Part shown: positions 38,822 to 48,548 of the stretch, piece by piece
Position numbering within the stretch: position 1 is the first letter of the stretch
Layout: each line of letters opens with the position of its first letter
NCBI RefSeq assembly: GCF_003057965.1
Contig: NZ_CP020921.1
Span: 208,100 to 272,099 of the forward strand
DNA from: Thermodesulfobium acidiphilum
Lineage (GTDB): Bacteria > Thermodesulfobiota > Thermodesulfobiia > Thermodesulfobiales > Thermodesulfobiaceae
Direction: 5' to 3'
DNA: 64,000 bases
Position numbers and translations under genes: made by a program
The notes under the pieces: model-generated
What the model was told of the DNA's origin: nothing
Database searches by the model: none
The model's input: the letters and a program-made list of their open reading frames with translations, nothing else

Positions 38822-39166
38822 TCAGAAGGCTTTATTCAAAAATTCAAGAAGAATTGTTGCGTTGTTTAGATGGCTTTTAGAAGAGTATAAAAGAGTAACA
38901 GTAGAATTTTTTTCAATTTGTTTGATTTTTTCTATAAGTTCACCATTTCTCTCTAGTTCTGAAAAGTATCTTTTTTTAAATTCTTCGAATTTTTCAGGGT
39001 CATGTGAATACCATTTTCTCAGTTCATTTGTTGGTGCAATTTCCTTTAGCCAGAGATCTATTGCTGCCGTTTCTCTTTTTATGCCTCTTGGCCATAGTCT
39101 ATCTACTAATATTCGATAGCCGTCTTGTGTTGAATATCTTTCATAAATACTCTTAATTCTTATCAA
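38822..39166 (-). CDS. DUF488 (YeaO-like) protein
   Basis: DGYRILVDRLWPRG, WLKEIAP..LRKWY.HD, TLLY, NNA. Confidence 0.92.
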   Translation of the reverse strand: MIRIKSIYERYSTQDGYRILVDRLWPRGIKRETAAIDLWLKEIAPTNELRKWYSHDPEKFEEFKKRYFSELERNGELIEKIKQIEKNSTVTLLYSSKSHLNNATILLEFLNKAF

Positions 39167-39283
39167 ATTGCCCTCCCTGAGGTGTGCTTAAAAAAGTTGT
39201 TTTATATAATGTATCTATATATTTAGTATATATGATAAAATTAATTAATTTTGATAATATTAGATAATAAGTTGGGGTGAAAT

Positions 39284-40237
39284 ATGGGTACTCATGCTCT
39301 CTTTAAAAGATATGAAGGAAATCCAATTATTACAGCAGAAGATGTATCCTGCGAAGCTCATACCGTTTTTAATCCTGCAGCCGCAAAGTTCGAAAACAAG
39401 GTTATTCTTGTTTTGAGAGTAGAAGAACAAAGAGGGTTTTCTTACCTTATAAGAGCTTTTAGTGAGGACGGCGTTAATAATTGGAAAATTGACGATAAAC
39501 CCTTTATGATTCATGAGCCCCAGATGGGAGAGCAATTCTGGGGATTAGAAGATCCCAGACTAACTTATATGGAAGAATTTGATCAATATTATCTAACTTA
39601 TGTTTCGTTTGCACCAGGTGGGCCACAACTTTCTTTAGTTACTACTAGAGATTTTGAAAGAATATGCAGGCACGGTAATCTTTTTTATCCGGATAACAAA
39701 GACGGTGCCTTTTATCCAAAAAGATTTAACGGTAGATGGGCTTTGATCCATAGACCATATGCAAGGGGAAGGGCTGAAATATGGCTTTCTTTTACCCCCG
39801 ATCTAAAGCACTACGGGGATCATACCTGTATCATCCCAGTTCGAGAGGGTTGGTGGGATTGTACAAGGGTTGGTATGGGACCCCCACCAATAGAGACTCC
39901 TGAGGGATGGCTTGTAATATATCATGGAGTTAGGACTACTGCCTCCGGCTCTCTTTATAGGGTTGGATTGGCTTTATTTGATTTGGATGATCCCACTAAA
40001 CTTATCTGCAGGACCAATAGATGGGTTCTGGCACCAGAAACGCCATATGAGCTGATTGGAGATGTCCCGGGAGTGTGCTTTCCATGTGGCGCTATATGCG
40101 ATGAGAATACTAGAGAGGTAATGCTTTATTATGGAGGTGCTGATACATCGACTTGTGTGGCATTTTCTACTATTGACGATATACTTGACTTTATCAAAGA
40201 AGACCAAAAAATAGGAAGGACTTTTTACTCGTTATGA
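39284..40237 (+). CDS. GH130 family beta-mannoside phosphorylase-like protein
   Basis: NPII, VFNP, GLEDPR, NKDG, HRP, PPIETPEGWL.IYHG, YYGGAD. Confidence 0.9.
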   Translation: MGTHALFKRYEGNPIITAEDVSCEAHTVFNPAAAKFENKVILVLRVEEQRGFSYLIRAFSEDGVNNWKIDDKPFMIHEPQMGEQFWGLEDPRLTYMEEFDQYYLTYVSFAPGGPQLSLVTTRDFERICRHGNLFYPDNKDGAFYPKRFNGRWALIHRPYARGRAEIWLSFTPDLKHYGDHTCIIPVREGWWDCTRVGMGPPPIETPEGWLVIYHGVRTTASGSLYRVGLALFDLDDPTKLICRTNRWVLAPETPYELIGDVPGVCFPCGAICDENTREVMLYYGGADTSTCVAFSTIDDILDFIKEDQKIGRTFYSL

Positions 40238-42525
40238 GAGGTACTACAAAAGGAGCATCTCCAGATTTTAATGTGGCTTTTGTGGGCACCTATGTGCCAA
40301 GGCTATGCGGAATTGCTACTTTTACACATGACATTGCAAAATCTGTTGCTATGTGGTATCCAGATGACGCTTTTGAAAACAGGTGTGTAAGAGTTGTTGC
40401 AATGTCAAATGGTGTCTATTCATATCCCAGGGAAGTTTTTTTTGATATCAGAGAAAAGTTTAAAACAGATTATATAAAGGCAGCTGAGTTCATAAATATT
40501 TCAAATGTCAATGTAGTAAGCCTTCAACACGAATTTGGTATATATGGTGGTGAACATGGAGGTTATGTTCTTGATTTTCTAAAAAATTTAAAAAAACCTG
40601 TTGTAACTACCCTTCACACTGTTTTAGAGAAGCCAATAGAAGGTCAAAAAGAAGTTTTAGAAGAGATCTGCAGCCTGTCTTCAAGAATTGTTGTTTGTGC
40701 ACAAAAAGCTCAGGAAATATTAGAAAGGGTCTATAGAGTTTCATCTGAAAAGATTTCTATGATTTATCACGGAGCTCCTGATGTTCCTTTTATGGATCCC
40801 TCATATTATAAAGATATCCTTAATCTTGAAGGAAAGACCGTTATTTTGACCTTTGGACTCTTAGGGCCCAGCAAGGGGATAGAATATGGTATAGAGGCTT
40901 TGAGCAAAATTTATAGAGATTATCCAAACGCTGTATACGTAGTACTTGGTGCAACTCATCCAGAAGTAAAAAGACTTTACGGAGAAAGCTATAGAATTAG
41001 CTTGCAAAAAATGGCTTATGAGGAAGGGATAGTTGATAACGTAATTTTTATTGATAGATATGTATCTTTCGAAGAATTGATGAACTTTTTAATTATGGCT
41101 GACATATATCTTACACCTTATTTGTCTTTAGAACAGATAGTTTCAGGAACCTTGACTTATGCAATTGCAGCTGGGAAAGCTATAATTTCTACTCCATATT
41201 GGTATGCTCAAGAAATGCTTCAAGATGAAAGAGGTGTTCTTGTTCCGTTTAGAGATAGTGATGCCCTATCCAATGCACTTAGAAGACTCTTAACAGATGT
41301 TCCTTACAGAAATAGATTGAGAAAAAACGCTTATGATTTTGGCAGAAAGATGATCTGGAAGAACGTTGCAAGAGAATATATTGAGCTTTTTGACGAGGCA
41401 ATTAAGACTTATTCTAAGGAAAAAAATTTTATATACATTTCAAAAAAAGACTTAATTGGAAAGGAATCATTTCAGACAAAGCTTCCTTCTGTTCACCTTG
41501 CGCATCTAAAATTCTTAACTGATGAAACAGGGATATTACAACACGCCCTATACAATATGCCAAATAGAAATCACGGCTACTGTATTGATGATAATGCTAG
41601 AGCTTTTATGGTTCTTATCTTGTATTATGAACTTTTCAAAGATCAGAGCATACTTTATCTTTTGTATAGATTCTTATCTTTTATTCACAATGCTTTTGAA
41701 GAAAGAACTGGCAGGTTTTTGAACTTTTTAAAATATGATAGAACGTGGATTGATGATTTTAGTGAGGATGCGCATGCAAGAACTCTTCTTGCTTTAGCTA
41801 CAGCAATACAATGGCCAGCAGTTCCAGAATTAATTCCTATTTGTGCTACTATTTTTGAAAAGGGTATAAAACAAGTTACGGATTTTACTTCTGTAAGGGG
41901 AATTAGCCTTTCTATTATTGCTTGTGACAAATTTGTTAGGACTTATCCGGGGGCTAAAGAGATAAAGGATATATTAATTAATCTATCAGAGAAGCTGTTC
42001 GATCTTTATAGGAACAATATTTCTGATGATTGGATTTTTCCTGAAAATATACTAACTTATGATAATGCAAGACAACCTCAAGCTTTAATTAGAGCTGGCC
42101 AGCAACTTGGCAGTGATGAAATGATTGAACTTGGTATTAGGAGTCTAAGGTGGTTAATAGAAATCCAAACAAATCAAGAAACACAATATCTTAGCATTAT
42201 AGGGAATAGAGGGTGGTATAGGAGAGGATCTAGTAAGGCTCAATTTGATCAACAACCGATAGAATTAAGTAGCCTTTCTTGTGCGTGTATAGATGCTTAC
42301 TTTCAAACTGGTGACAAATATTTTTATAACAATGTGATGAAAGCCTTAAGGTGGTTTTTAGGAGAAAACGATTCTTTTTGTCCTGTTGCAAAAGTTGAAA
42401 CGGGCGGTTGTTATGATGGCTTAGAGCCTCAGGGCGTTAACAAAAATATGGGAGCGGAGTCAACAATATCTTATTTGATGACATTACTTCACGCATATAA
42501 ATTAATATTTAAAAGAGGCGATTGA
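40234..42525 (+). CDS. GT4 glycosyltransferase fused to a C-terminal helical (six-hairpin-like) domain
   Basis: PRLCGIATF, QHEFGIYGG, TFGLLGPSKG, GATHP, STPY; C-half LQH, GYCIDDNARA, YDNAR, FDQQP, GAEST. Confidence 0.85.
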   Translation: MRGTTKGASPDFNVAFVGTYVPRLCGIATFTHDIAKSVAMWYPDDAFENRCVRVVAMSNGVYSYPREVFFDIREKFKTDYIKAAEFINISNVNVVSLQHEFGIYGGEHGGYVLDFLKNLKKPVVTTLHTVLEKPIEGQKEVLEEICSLSSRIVVCAQKAQEILERVYRVSSEKISMIYHGAPDVPFMDPSYYKDILNLEGKTVILTFGLLGPSKGIEYGIEALSKIYRDYPNAVYVVLGATHPEVKRLYGESYRISLQKMAYEEGIVDNVIFIDRYVSFEELMNFLIMADIYLTPYLSLEQIVSGTLTYAIAAGKAIISTPYWYAQEMLQDERGVLVPFRDSDALSNALRRLLTDVPYRNRLRKNAYDFGRKMIWKNVAREYIELFDEAIKTYSKEKNFIYISKKDLIGKESFQTKLPSVHLAHLKFLTDETGILQHALYNMPNRNHGYCIDDNARAFMVLILYYELFKDQSILYLLYRFLSFIHNAFEERTGRFLNFLKYDRTWIDDFSEDAHARTLLALATAIQWPAVPELIPICATIFEKGIKQVTDFTSVRGISLSIIACDKFVRTYPGAKEIKDILINLSEKLFDLYRNNISDDWIFPENILTYDNARQPQALIRAGQQLGSDEMIELGIRSLRWLIEIQTNQETQYLSIIGNRGWYRRGSSKAQFDQQPIELSSLSCACIDAYFQTGDKYFYNNVMKALRWFLGENDSFCPVAKVETGGCYDGLEPQGVNKNMGAESTISYLMTLLHAYKLIFKRGD

Positions 42526-42531
42526 TATTTT

Positions 42532-43359
42532 GTGAAAATCGGTATTAAAAAATTTGGCGACAAGTATATATCTAATGATAAAAAATTTTCTATACTTGCC
42601 TTTGATTTAGGAAATTCTAGATTAAAATGCTCTTATTTTGAAGATTCGTGTATGAAACATTATGGAGTTTTTCGATTAGATGAGATTTTTGTAAATAATA
42701 AATTTTATTCTCAACCTCTCGATAAGTGGTTAAAAGAAAAAGGAATCAATAATGATGTTAAGTGTTTTATCTCTTCTGTAAATTTAACTATAGAAAAACA
42801 CCTTTTGTCATTTTTGAATGAAATTTTTTTTTCTATTAAAGTTATTGAACCAAAAGATCTTGTTGGCGTGATTGAGATTGAATACGATATAGATATGATA
42901 GGAATTGATAGATTGCTGCACTCTATTGGAGCATCGCTTTTTTATGGGGATAGAGTTTGTGTTGTGGATATGGGGACAGCTATTACACTTGACTTAACTA
43001 AAGGAAACGTATATAAAGGTGGCTTTATCATGCCAGGAATAGATATGATTTGTAAGTCTATAAAACTTTTTTTGCCACATCTGCCAGTGATAGATATAAC
43101 AATTAATCATAAAAACGTTCCTTCAAGAAACACGAACGAAGCTCTAAATAACGGTATATTTTATTCTATAGTTTATGGCCTTGAAGGCATTGTTAAGTCG
43201 TGGCATGAAAAGTTTGGAGACTTTACTACTGTTCTGACTGGTGGTAGTGCAAGATTTTTTGAAAGCGAGCTGTCATGGCCATATTTCCCTCACCTGACAC
43301 TTTGGGGGATATATAGATATGCAGAGTACATAGAATCTTTGAATGAGAAAGGTTTTTAA
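42532..43359 (+). CDS. coaX: Type III pantothenate kinase
   Basis: DLGNSRLK, SSV, GIDR, VDMGTAIT.D, GG.IMPG, LTGG. Confidence 0.92.
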   Translation: MKIGIKKFGDKYISNDKKFSILAFDLGNSRLKCSYFEDSCMKHYGVFRLDEIFVNNKFYSQPLDKWLKEKGINNDVKCFISSVNLTIEKHLLSFLNEIFFSIKVIEPKDLVGVIEIEYDIDMIGIDRLLHSIGASLFYGDRVCVVDMGTAITLDLTKGNVYKGGFIMPGIDMICKSIKLFLPHLPVIDITINHKNVPSRNTNEALNNGIFYSIVYGLEGIVKSWHEKFGDFTTVLTGGSARFFESELSWPYFPHLTLWGIYRYAEYIESLNEKGF

Positions 43360-43404
43360 TTTAATGATAAATATATTTAATAAAATTTTGAAAGGGATGG
43401 TAAT

Positions 43405-45474
43405 ATGGGGAAAACTATCAAAACAATTAGTTTAGCCTCTCATGTTGGGGCAGGGAAGACTTCACTAACTGAAGCGCTTTTGTTTTATGCAAAGAAAATT
43501 TCAAGGTTGGGTTCTGTAGATTCTGGGAATACAGTTACGGATTATGATGTAGAAGAGATAAAGAGAAAGATGACTCTTTCGCTTTCTGTAGTAAACTTTG
43601 AGGAGGAAGGCACTAAATACAACATTATAGATACTCCAGGATTTTTTGACTTTGAAAGCGATGTTATAGCTGCAGAAAGCGTGTCAGAGGGCCTGGTTTT
43701 GTTGTTAAATGCTACAAGTACGCTGGAGGTTGGCATTGAGAAGATCTTAAAAAGATTAAAGGCGAATCCAAAACCATTTATGGTTGTAGTAAACAAGATG
43801 GATAAAGAGGGGGCAGATTTTTTTAATGCGGTTAATGAGTTAAGATTAAAGTCGTTAGGCTTTAATATTGCTTGTATGTATCTGCCTTTTGGTAATGCAG
43901 GTGAATTTAAAGGCATGGTTCATGTGATGAGCAAAAAAAGCATTGTTTTTGATGGTGATTTCAAATTTCATATTGAAGAATCATTTCCAGAAGAATTGGA
44001 AACAAGAATTGAGGAAGAACAAGAGAGACTAAAAGAAGCTGCAGCTGAGGGCGATGACACCATTTTGGAAAAATATCTTGCTGGAGAAGATCTAAGCGAG
44101 GAAGAAATTGTTTCAAGTTTGAAAAATGCAGTAAAGCTTGGCAAGACTGCTTTGGTAATACCTGTTTCTTCTGTAAAGGGCTACGGTATAGCTCAACTGG
44201 TTAGGGCGTTTGGTTACTACTTCCCAGATTATAGCGAAAAAGAAAACCTTGAAATGTACTCAGAAAAGGAGATGAAGGTTTTCCCGATTAATTCAGACTC
44301 TGAACTCATCATACAAATTTTTAAGACCGTGCTCGATCCCTTTGTCGGAAAAGTTAGCTTTGCAAAAATTCTAAGCGGTTCATATAAGGGAGAATCCGTT
44401 TTGTACAATGTTACCAAGCAACAGGAGGAAAGGATAGCAAGCGTTAGCTTTCCGTTCGGAAAAGAACCTGTTATTACTAAGGAAGCCGATTGTGGGGATA
44501 TTGTTACCTTTTCCAAGCTCCAGATTACAACTACCAACGACACTCTTTCACGCTCTAAAATAAAATACGAACCAAAGAAAATAGAGTTTCCAAAACCAAC
44601 CTTTTTTATGGGAGTTTATCCAAAAGTAAAAGGCGATGAGGATAAACTTGGTTCTGCTATTATAAAGTTTATTGAAGAAGATCCATCAATGTTTTATGGA
44701 AAAAGTCCAGAAACAGGTGAATTTTTGCTTGGTGGTTTGGGGGATATCCAGATGGACGTTCTAATGGAGAAAGTTAAAAGAAGGTTTAAGGTAGAAGGCA
44801 CCCTCGTAAAGCCAAAGGTTGCTTATAGAGAATCTATTAAAATTCCGGTTGTAGCGGAAGGCAAGCACAAAAAGCAAACTGGAGGACATGGTCAGTATGG
44901 TCATGTCATAATAAAATTTGAACCTATTGGTTATGAAGAAGAATTTATTTTTGAAAGTCAGATCGTAGGTGGAGTCGTCCCAAAACAGTATGTACCTGCT
45001 GTGGAAAAGGGTTTACGCGAAGTTCTTGGCAGCGGACATTTGGCAGGCTATCCAGTAATAGGCATTAAGGCAATTTTAGTAGATGGTTCTTATCATGAAG
45101 TGGATTCTAATGAACTTTCATTTAAAATGGCTGCACATCTTGCTTTCAAAAAGGCTATGGAAAAGGCGAAACCAGTTTTACTTGAGCCAATTAACTATAT
45201 TGAGGTAACGGTACCGAAGGACTTTACTGGAGATGTTATGGGAGACCTGAATTCCAAGAGAGGAAGAATTCAAGGGATGGATTCTATAAAGGATTCTGAA
45301 ACTGTTATAAAGGCATACGTTCCTCAAAGTGAAATTGTAAATTATGCAATGGATTTAAGATCCATTACTCAGGGTAGGGGTTCTTTTGTAACCAGATTTG
45401 ATCATTTTGAAGAAGCCCCTCCTCAGATTGCCGAAAAAGTTATAAAGGAAGCAAGTGTTGAAAGTAGCAAATAA
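43405..45474 (+). CDS. Elongation factor G paralog (EF-G2 type)
   Basis: Full EF-G domain set (KQTGGHGQYG, SYHEVDS, LLEPI, TQGRG) with divergent G motifs; not in the str operon. Confidence 0.9.
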   Translation: MGKTIKTISLASHVGAGKTSLTEALLFYAKKISRLGSVDSGNTVTDYDVEEIKRKMTLSLSVVNFEEEGTKYNIIDTPGFFDFESDVIAAESVSEGLVLLLNATSTLEVGIEKILKRLKANPKPFMVVVNKMDKEGADFFNAVNELRLKSLGFNIACMYLPFGNAGEFKGMVHVMSKKSIVFDGDFKFHIEESFPEELETRIEEEQERLKEAAAEGDDTILEKYLAGEDLSEEEIVSSLKNAVKLGKTALVIPVSSVKGYGIAQLVRAFGYYFPDYSEKENLEMYSEKEMKVFPINSDSELIIQIFKTVLDPFVGKVSFAKILSGSYKGESVLYNVTKQQEERIASVSFPFGKEPVITKEADCGDIVTFSKLQITTTNDTLSRSKIKYEPKKIEFPKPTFFMGVYPKVKGDEDKLGSAIIKFIEEDPSMFYGKSPETGEFLLGGLGDIQMDVLMEKVKRRFKVEGTLVKPKVAYRESIKIPVVAEGKHKKQTGGHGQYGHVIIKFEPIGYEEEFIFESQIVGGVVPKQYVPAVEKGLREVLGSGHLAGYPVIGIKAILVDGSYHEVDSNELSFKMAAHLAFKKAMEKAKPVLLEPINYIEVTVPKDFTGDVMGDLNSKRGRIQGMDSIKDSETVIKAYVPQSEIVNYAMDLRSITQGRGSFVTRFDHFEEAPPQIAEKVIKEASVESSK

Positions 45475-47332
45475 TGCCTTACAATCTAATTTTATTTTAT
45501 TAGCTCAGGTCTTCGACAAGCTTGAAAAAGAGACCTCGAGACTAAAGATGATGGAGATTCTTGCAGATTATTTTGAAAATATTTCTCCAGAAGATGTAAG
45601 AATTGCTATCTATCTTTTATCAGGAAAAACAGGACCATCCTTTGAAGCTGTAGACTTTGGGGTGGGAGAGAAGTTTGTTATTGAGTCTTTGTTGAGAATT
45701 TATGGGGGGTTTAAGGTCGAGATTGAAGATTTATATAAAGAATTAGGAGATCTTGGATTAGTAGCAAAAAATATAGTGAAGGATAAAGAAAGCTCCTTAA
45801 CTCTTAATGAGGTTTTTAGTTATCTTAAAACAATAGCTCTTACTTCAGGGCCTAGTTCCCAAGACAAAAAGATAGAACTTCTTACCGAAATGCTAGACAG
45901 AGCAAGTTCTTTAGAGGCTCTTTACTTAGTAAGAATCATTCTTGGTAGACTTAGATTGGGAGCACAGGATGCTACTGTAATTGAGGCTCTTTCCTTTGCC
46001 AGGGTCAAGAGTAAGGATTTGAAGCCAAAAATCGAGAGATGCTATAACCTGACTTCTGATCTTGGTTATGTTGCTTATATATTATTTAAAGAGGGAGAGG
46101 AAGCATTAGATTTTGTACGTGCTATTGTCGGAAATCCTATTAGGATGGCACTGGCAGAAAGAATGGAAAACCCAGAAGAGATCTTTAATAAAGTAGGCAA
46201 GTGTATTGTAGAGCCTAAATATGATGGATTTCGATGTCAGGTTCATAAAATTGACAATAAGGTTAAAATTTATTCGAGAAATCTTGAAGATAATACTTAT
46301 ATGTTTCCAGAAATAGTCGAATCTACAATTAAGTTTTGCAGAGCAAAGGATTGTATTTTTGAAGGAGAAGCAATTAGTTTTGATCCTGAAACCCTACGCT
46401 TTATGCCCTTTCAAATAACTGTCCAAAGAAAGAGAAAGCATAATATCTTAAAGGTAGCTGCAAAATTTCCGTTAAGACTAGAAGTATTTGATCTGCTTTA
46501 CAAAGATGGCCTTGATATTACATCAAAACCTCTATTTGAAAGAAAAAAGCTCCTAAATGACACAATAGTGAAAAATGAAACGATTGTAATATCTGATTCC
46601 TATGAGGTTGACAGTCCAGAAAAAATAAAGAACTTGTTTGAGAATTACGTTTCTCAGGGCATGGAAGGAATAATGATAAAGAGATTAGATGGAGTATATC
46701 AGGCAGGCTCACGGAATTTTAACTGGATAAAATTGAAGAGATCTATGAAACAATCAATTCTCTCCGATACGATTGATGCTGTTATCATGGGATATTTTTA
46801 TGGAAAAGGGCAAAGAATAAAGTTAGGGATAGGATCTTTGTTGATAGGTTTGTATGATCCTGAAATGGATTGTTTTGAAACAATAGCGAAACTAGGTTCA
46901 GGATTTACTGAGGAAGAATGGATGGAACTTCTTAAAAATCTTGAAGAAATAAGGACTAACTTCAAACCTAACAATTATGTATCAGAAATAAATCCTGATT
47001 TTTGGGTAAAACCAAAGATAGTAGTTGAGGTTGAAGCAGATGAAATAACAGTTAGTCCTGTACATACTGTCGGAAGAAAGGGATTGAATAAAGATTATTT
47101 AAATAATTTGCCCACAGGAAGTGGCTTTGCACTTAGGTTTCCTAGAGCAAAGAGAATAAGATATGACAAAAGTCCCTTTGATTCTACTACGCCAAATGAA
47201 ATTTATGAAATGTATGAACTCTCAAAAAACAAAAAGAGTAAGGATATTTCAGAAAATTCTGTTAATTTAGATTCCACAAAGTTGCTAAAAAAAACTAAAA
47301 TGAAGGATAAAGATAAGACTTTATTTGACTGA
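45455..47332 (+). CDS. ATP-dependent DNA ligase (archaeal/eukaryotic Lig1-like architecture)
   Basis: N-terminal DNA-binding domain, EPKYDGFR adenylation motif, EGE, FDLL, EGIMIK, WIKLK, LRFPR. Confidence 0.93.
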   Translation: MLKVANNALQSNFILLAQVFDKLEKETSRLKMMEILADYFENISPEDVRIAIYLLSGKTGPSFEAVDFGVGEKFVIESLLRIYGGFKVEIEDLYKELGDLGLVAKNIVKDKESSLTLNEVFSYLKTIALTSGPSSQDKKIELLTEMLDRASSLEALYLVRIILGRLRLGAQDATVIEALSFARVKSKDLKPKIERCYNLTSDLGYVAYILFKEGEEALDFVRAIVGNPIRMALAERMENPEEIFNKVGKCIVEPKYDGFRCQVHKIDNKVKIYSRNLEDNTYMFPEIVESTIKFCRAKDCIFEGEAISFDPETLRFMPFQITVQRKRKHNILKVAAKFPLRLEVFDLLYKDGLDITSKPLFERKKLLNDTIVKNETIVISDSYEVDSPEKIKNLFENYVSQGMEGIMIKRLDGVYQAGSRNFNWIKLKRSMKQSILSDTIDAVIMGYFYGKGQRIKLGIGSLLIGLYDPEMDCFETIAKLGSGFTEEEWMELLKNLEEIRTNFKPNNYVSEINPDFWVKPKIVVEVEADEITVSPVHTVGRKGLNKDYLNNLPTGSGFALRFPRAKRIRYDKSPFDSTTPNEIYEMYELSKNKKSKDISENSVNLDSTKLLKKTKMKDKDKTLFD

Positions 47333-47350
47333 GGAGGATAAAAGTTAAAA

Positions 47351-48481
47351 ATGAATAAGAAGGCTATTTTAATGTGTCCAGGTCCATCTGAGGTTAATCC
47401 AGAAGTATTTTTGGCTATGGCTAAGCCCCTCGTAAGTCATGTTGATCCAACTTTTTTTGCTCTTTTAGATCAGCTTCAAGGCCAACTTAAAACAATATTC
47501 CAAACTGAAAACATCTGTATGCTTTTGTCTGGTACCGGGACATCTGGTATGGAAGCATCACTTATTAATTTCCTTGAACCAGATGACAGAGTTCTAGTTG
47601 GGGTAATAGGACATTTTGGAGATAGGATAAGAATGATCGCAGAAAGAATTGGTTGTAATGTAAAAGTAGTTAGCGCACCTGAGGGCAAAGCGCTTGATCC
47701 GGACGATGTAGAGATAGCTATAAAGGGATTTTCTCCTAAGCTTTTTGCTTGCGTTCACGCTGAAACGTCTACTGGCGTGCTTCAGCCTCTTGAAGATATT
47801 ATGAATATTTGCAAAAAGTACGAGGTTCTAACCCTAGTTGACACCGTTGCTTCATTGGGTGGAGTTAATGTTCCTGTAGATAGTTTAGGAATCGATATAG
47901 TTTATAGCGGTTCGCAAAAGTGTTTGGGTTGTCCTCCAGGCGTAGCTCCTATAAGTTTTAGCCCAAGAGCTGAAAGGATTTTGGAGTCTTTAACGCCCAG
48001 AAATTACTATCTTGATCTCAGGCTTATAAGAAAATACTGGCTTGAGAGAGTATACCATCATACTCCACCAGTAAGCCTTTTTTATGCGTGTAACAAGGGA
48101 TTTGATCTTATTATTGAAGAAGGTTTGATAAACAGATTTGAAAGACACAGAAAAATAGGTCTTGCATTACAAAAAGGGCTTGAGGCTATGGGCTTTAAGT
48201 TGGTTGCTGATAAAAATGTTCAGAACCCTGTGGTTACTGCAGTTTATCTTCCTGCTGAAATAGAGGATATAAAGCTAAGAAAGATATTATTGGAGGAATT
48301 TGGGATTGAAATAGCTTTAGGCATTGCTCAGTTAAAGGGGAAGATTGCCAGATTTGGAACTATGGCTGAATCTGCAAGGCCTCAAAATGTTTTGTATTTG
48401 TTGAGTGCATTAGAAAATATACTAAAACGCTATAAAATATTTAAAGAAAGCGGAACAGATGTTGCATCTAGCATGCTTTAG
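47351..48481 (+). CDS. Class V aminotransferase (alanine-glyoxylate/serine-pyruvate type)
   Basis: PGPS, GTGTSGMEA, HAETSTG, DTVASLGG, SGSQKCL, YHHT. Confidence 0.9.
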   Translation: MNKKAILMCPGPSEVNPEVFLAMAKPLVSHVDPTFFALLDQLQGQLKTIFQTENICMLLSGTGTSGMEASLINFLEPDDRVLVGVIGHFGDRIRMIAERIGCNVKVVSAPEGKALDPDDVEIAIKGFSPKLFACVHAETSTGVLQPLEDIMNICKKYEVLTLVDTVASLGGVNVPVDSLGIDIVYSGSQKCLGCPPGVAPISFSPRAERILESLTPRNYYLDLRLIRKYWLERVYHHTPPVSLFYACNKGFDLIIEEGLINRFERHRKIGLALQKGLEAMGFKLVADKNVQNPVVTAVYLPAEIEDIKLRKILLEEFGIEIALGIAQLKGKIARFGTMAESARPQNVLYLLSALENILKRYKIFKESGTDVASSML

Positions 48482-48548
48482 AAAAGGGTTGTTTAAGATA
48501 TTTTTAAAAGATTATTTTGGTGATTATTGAGGATAGTGGATAAAATTA

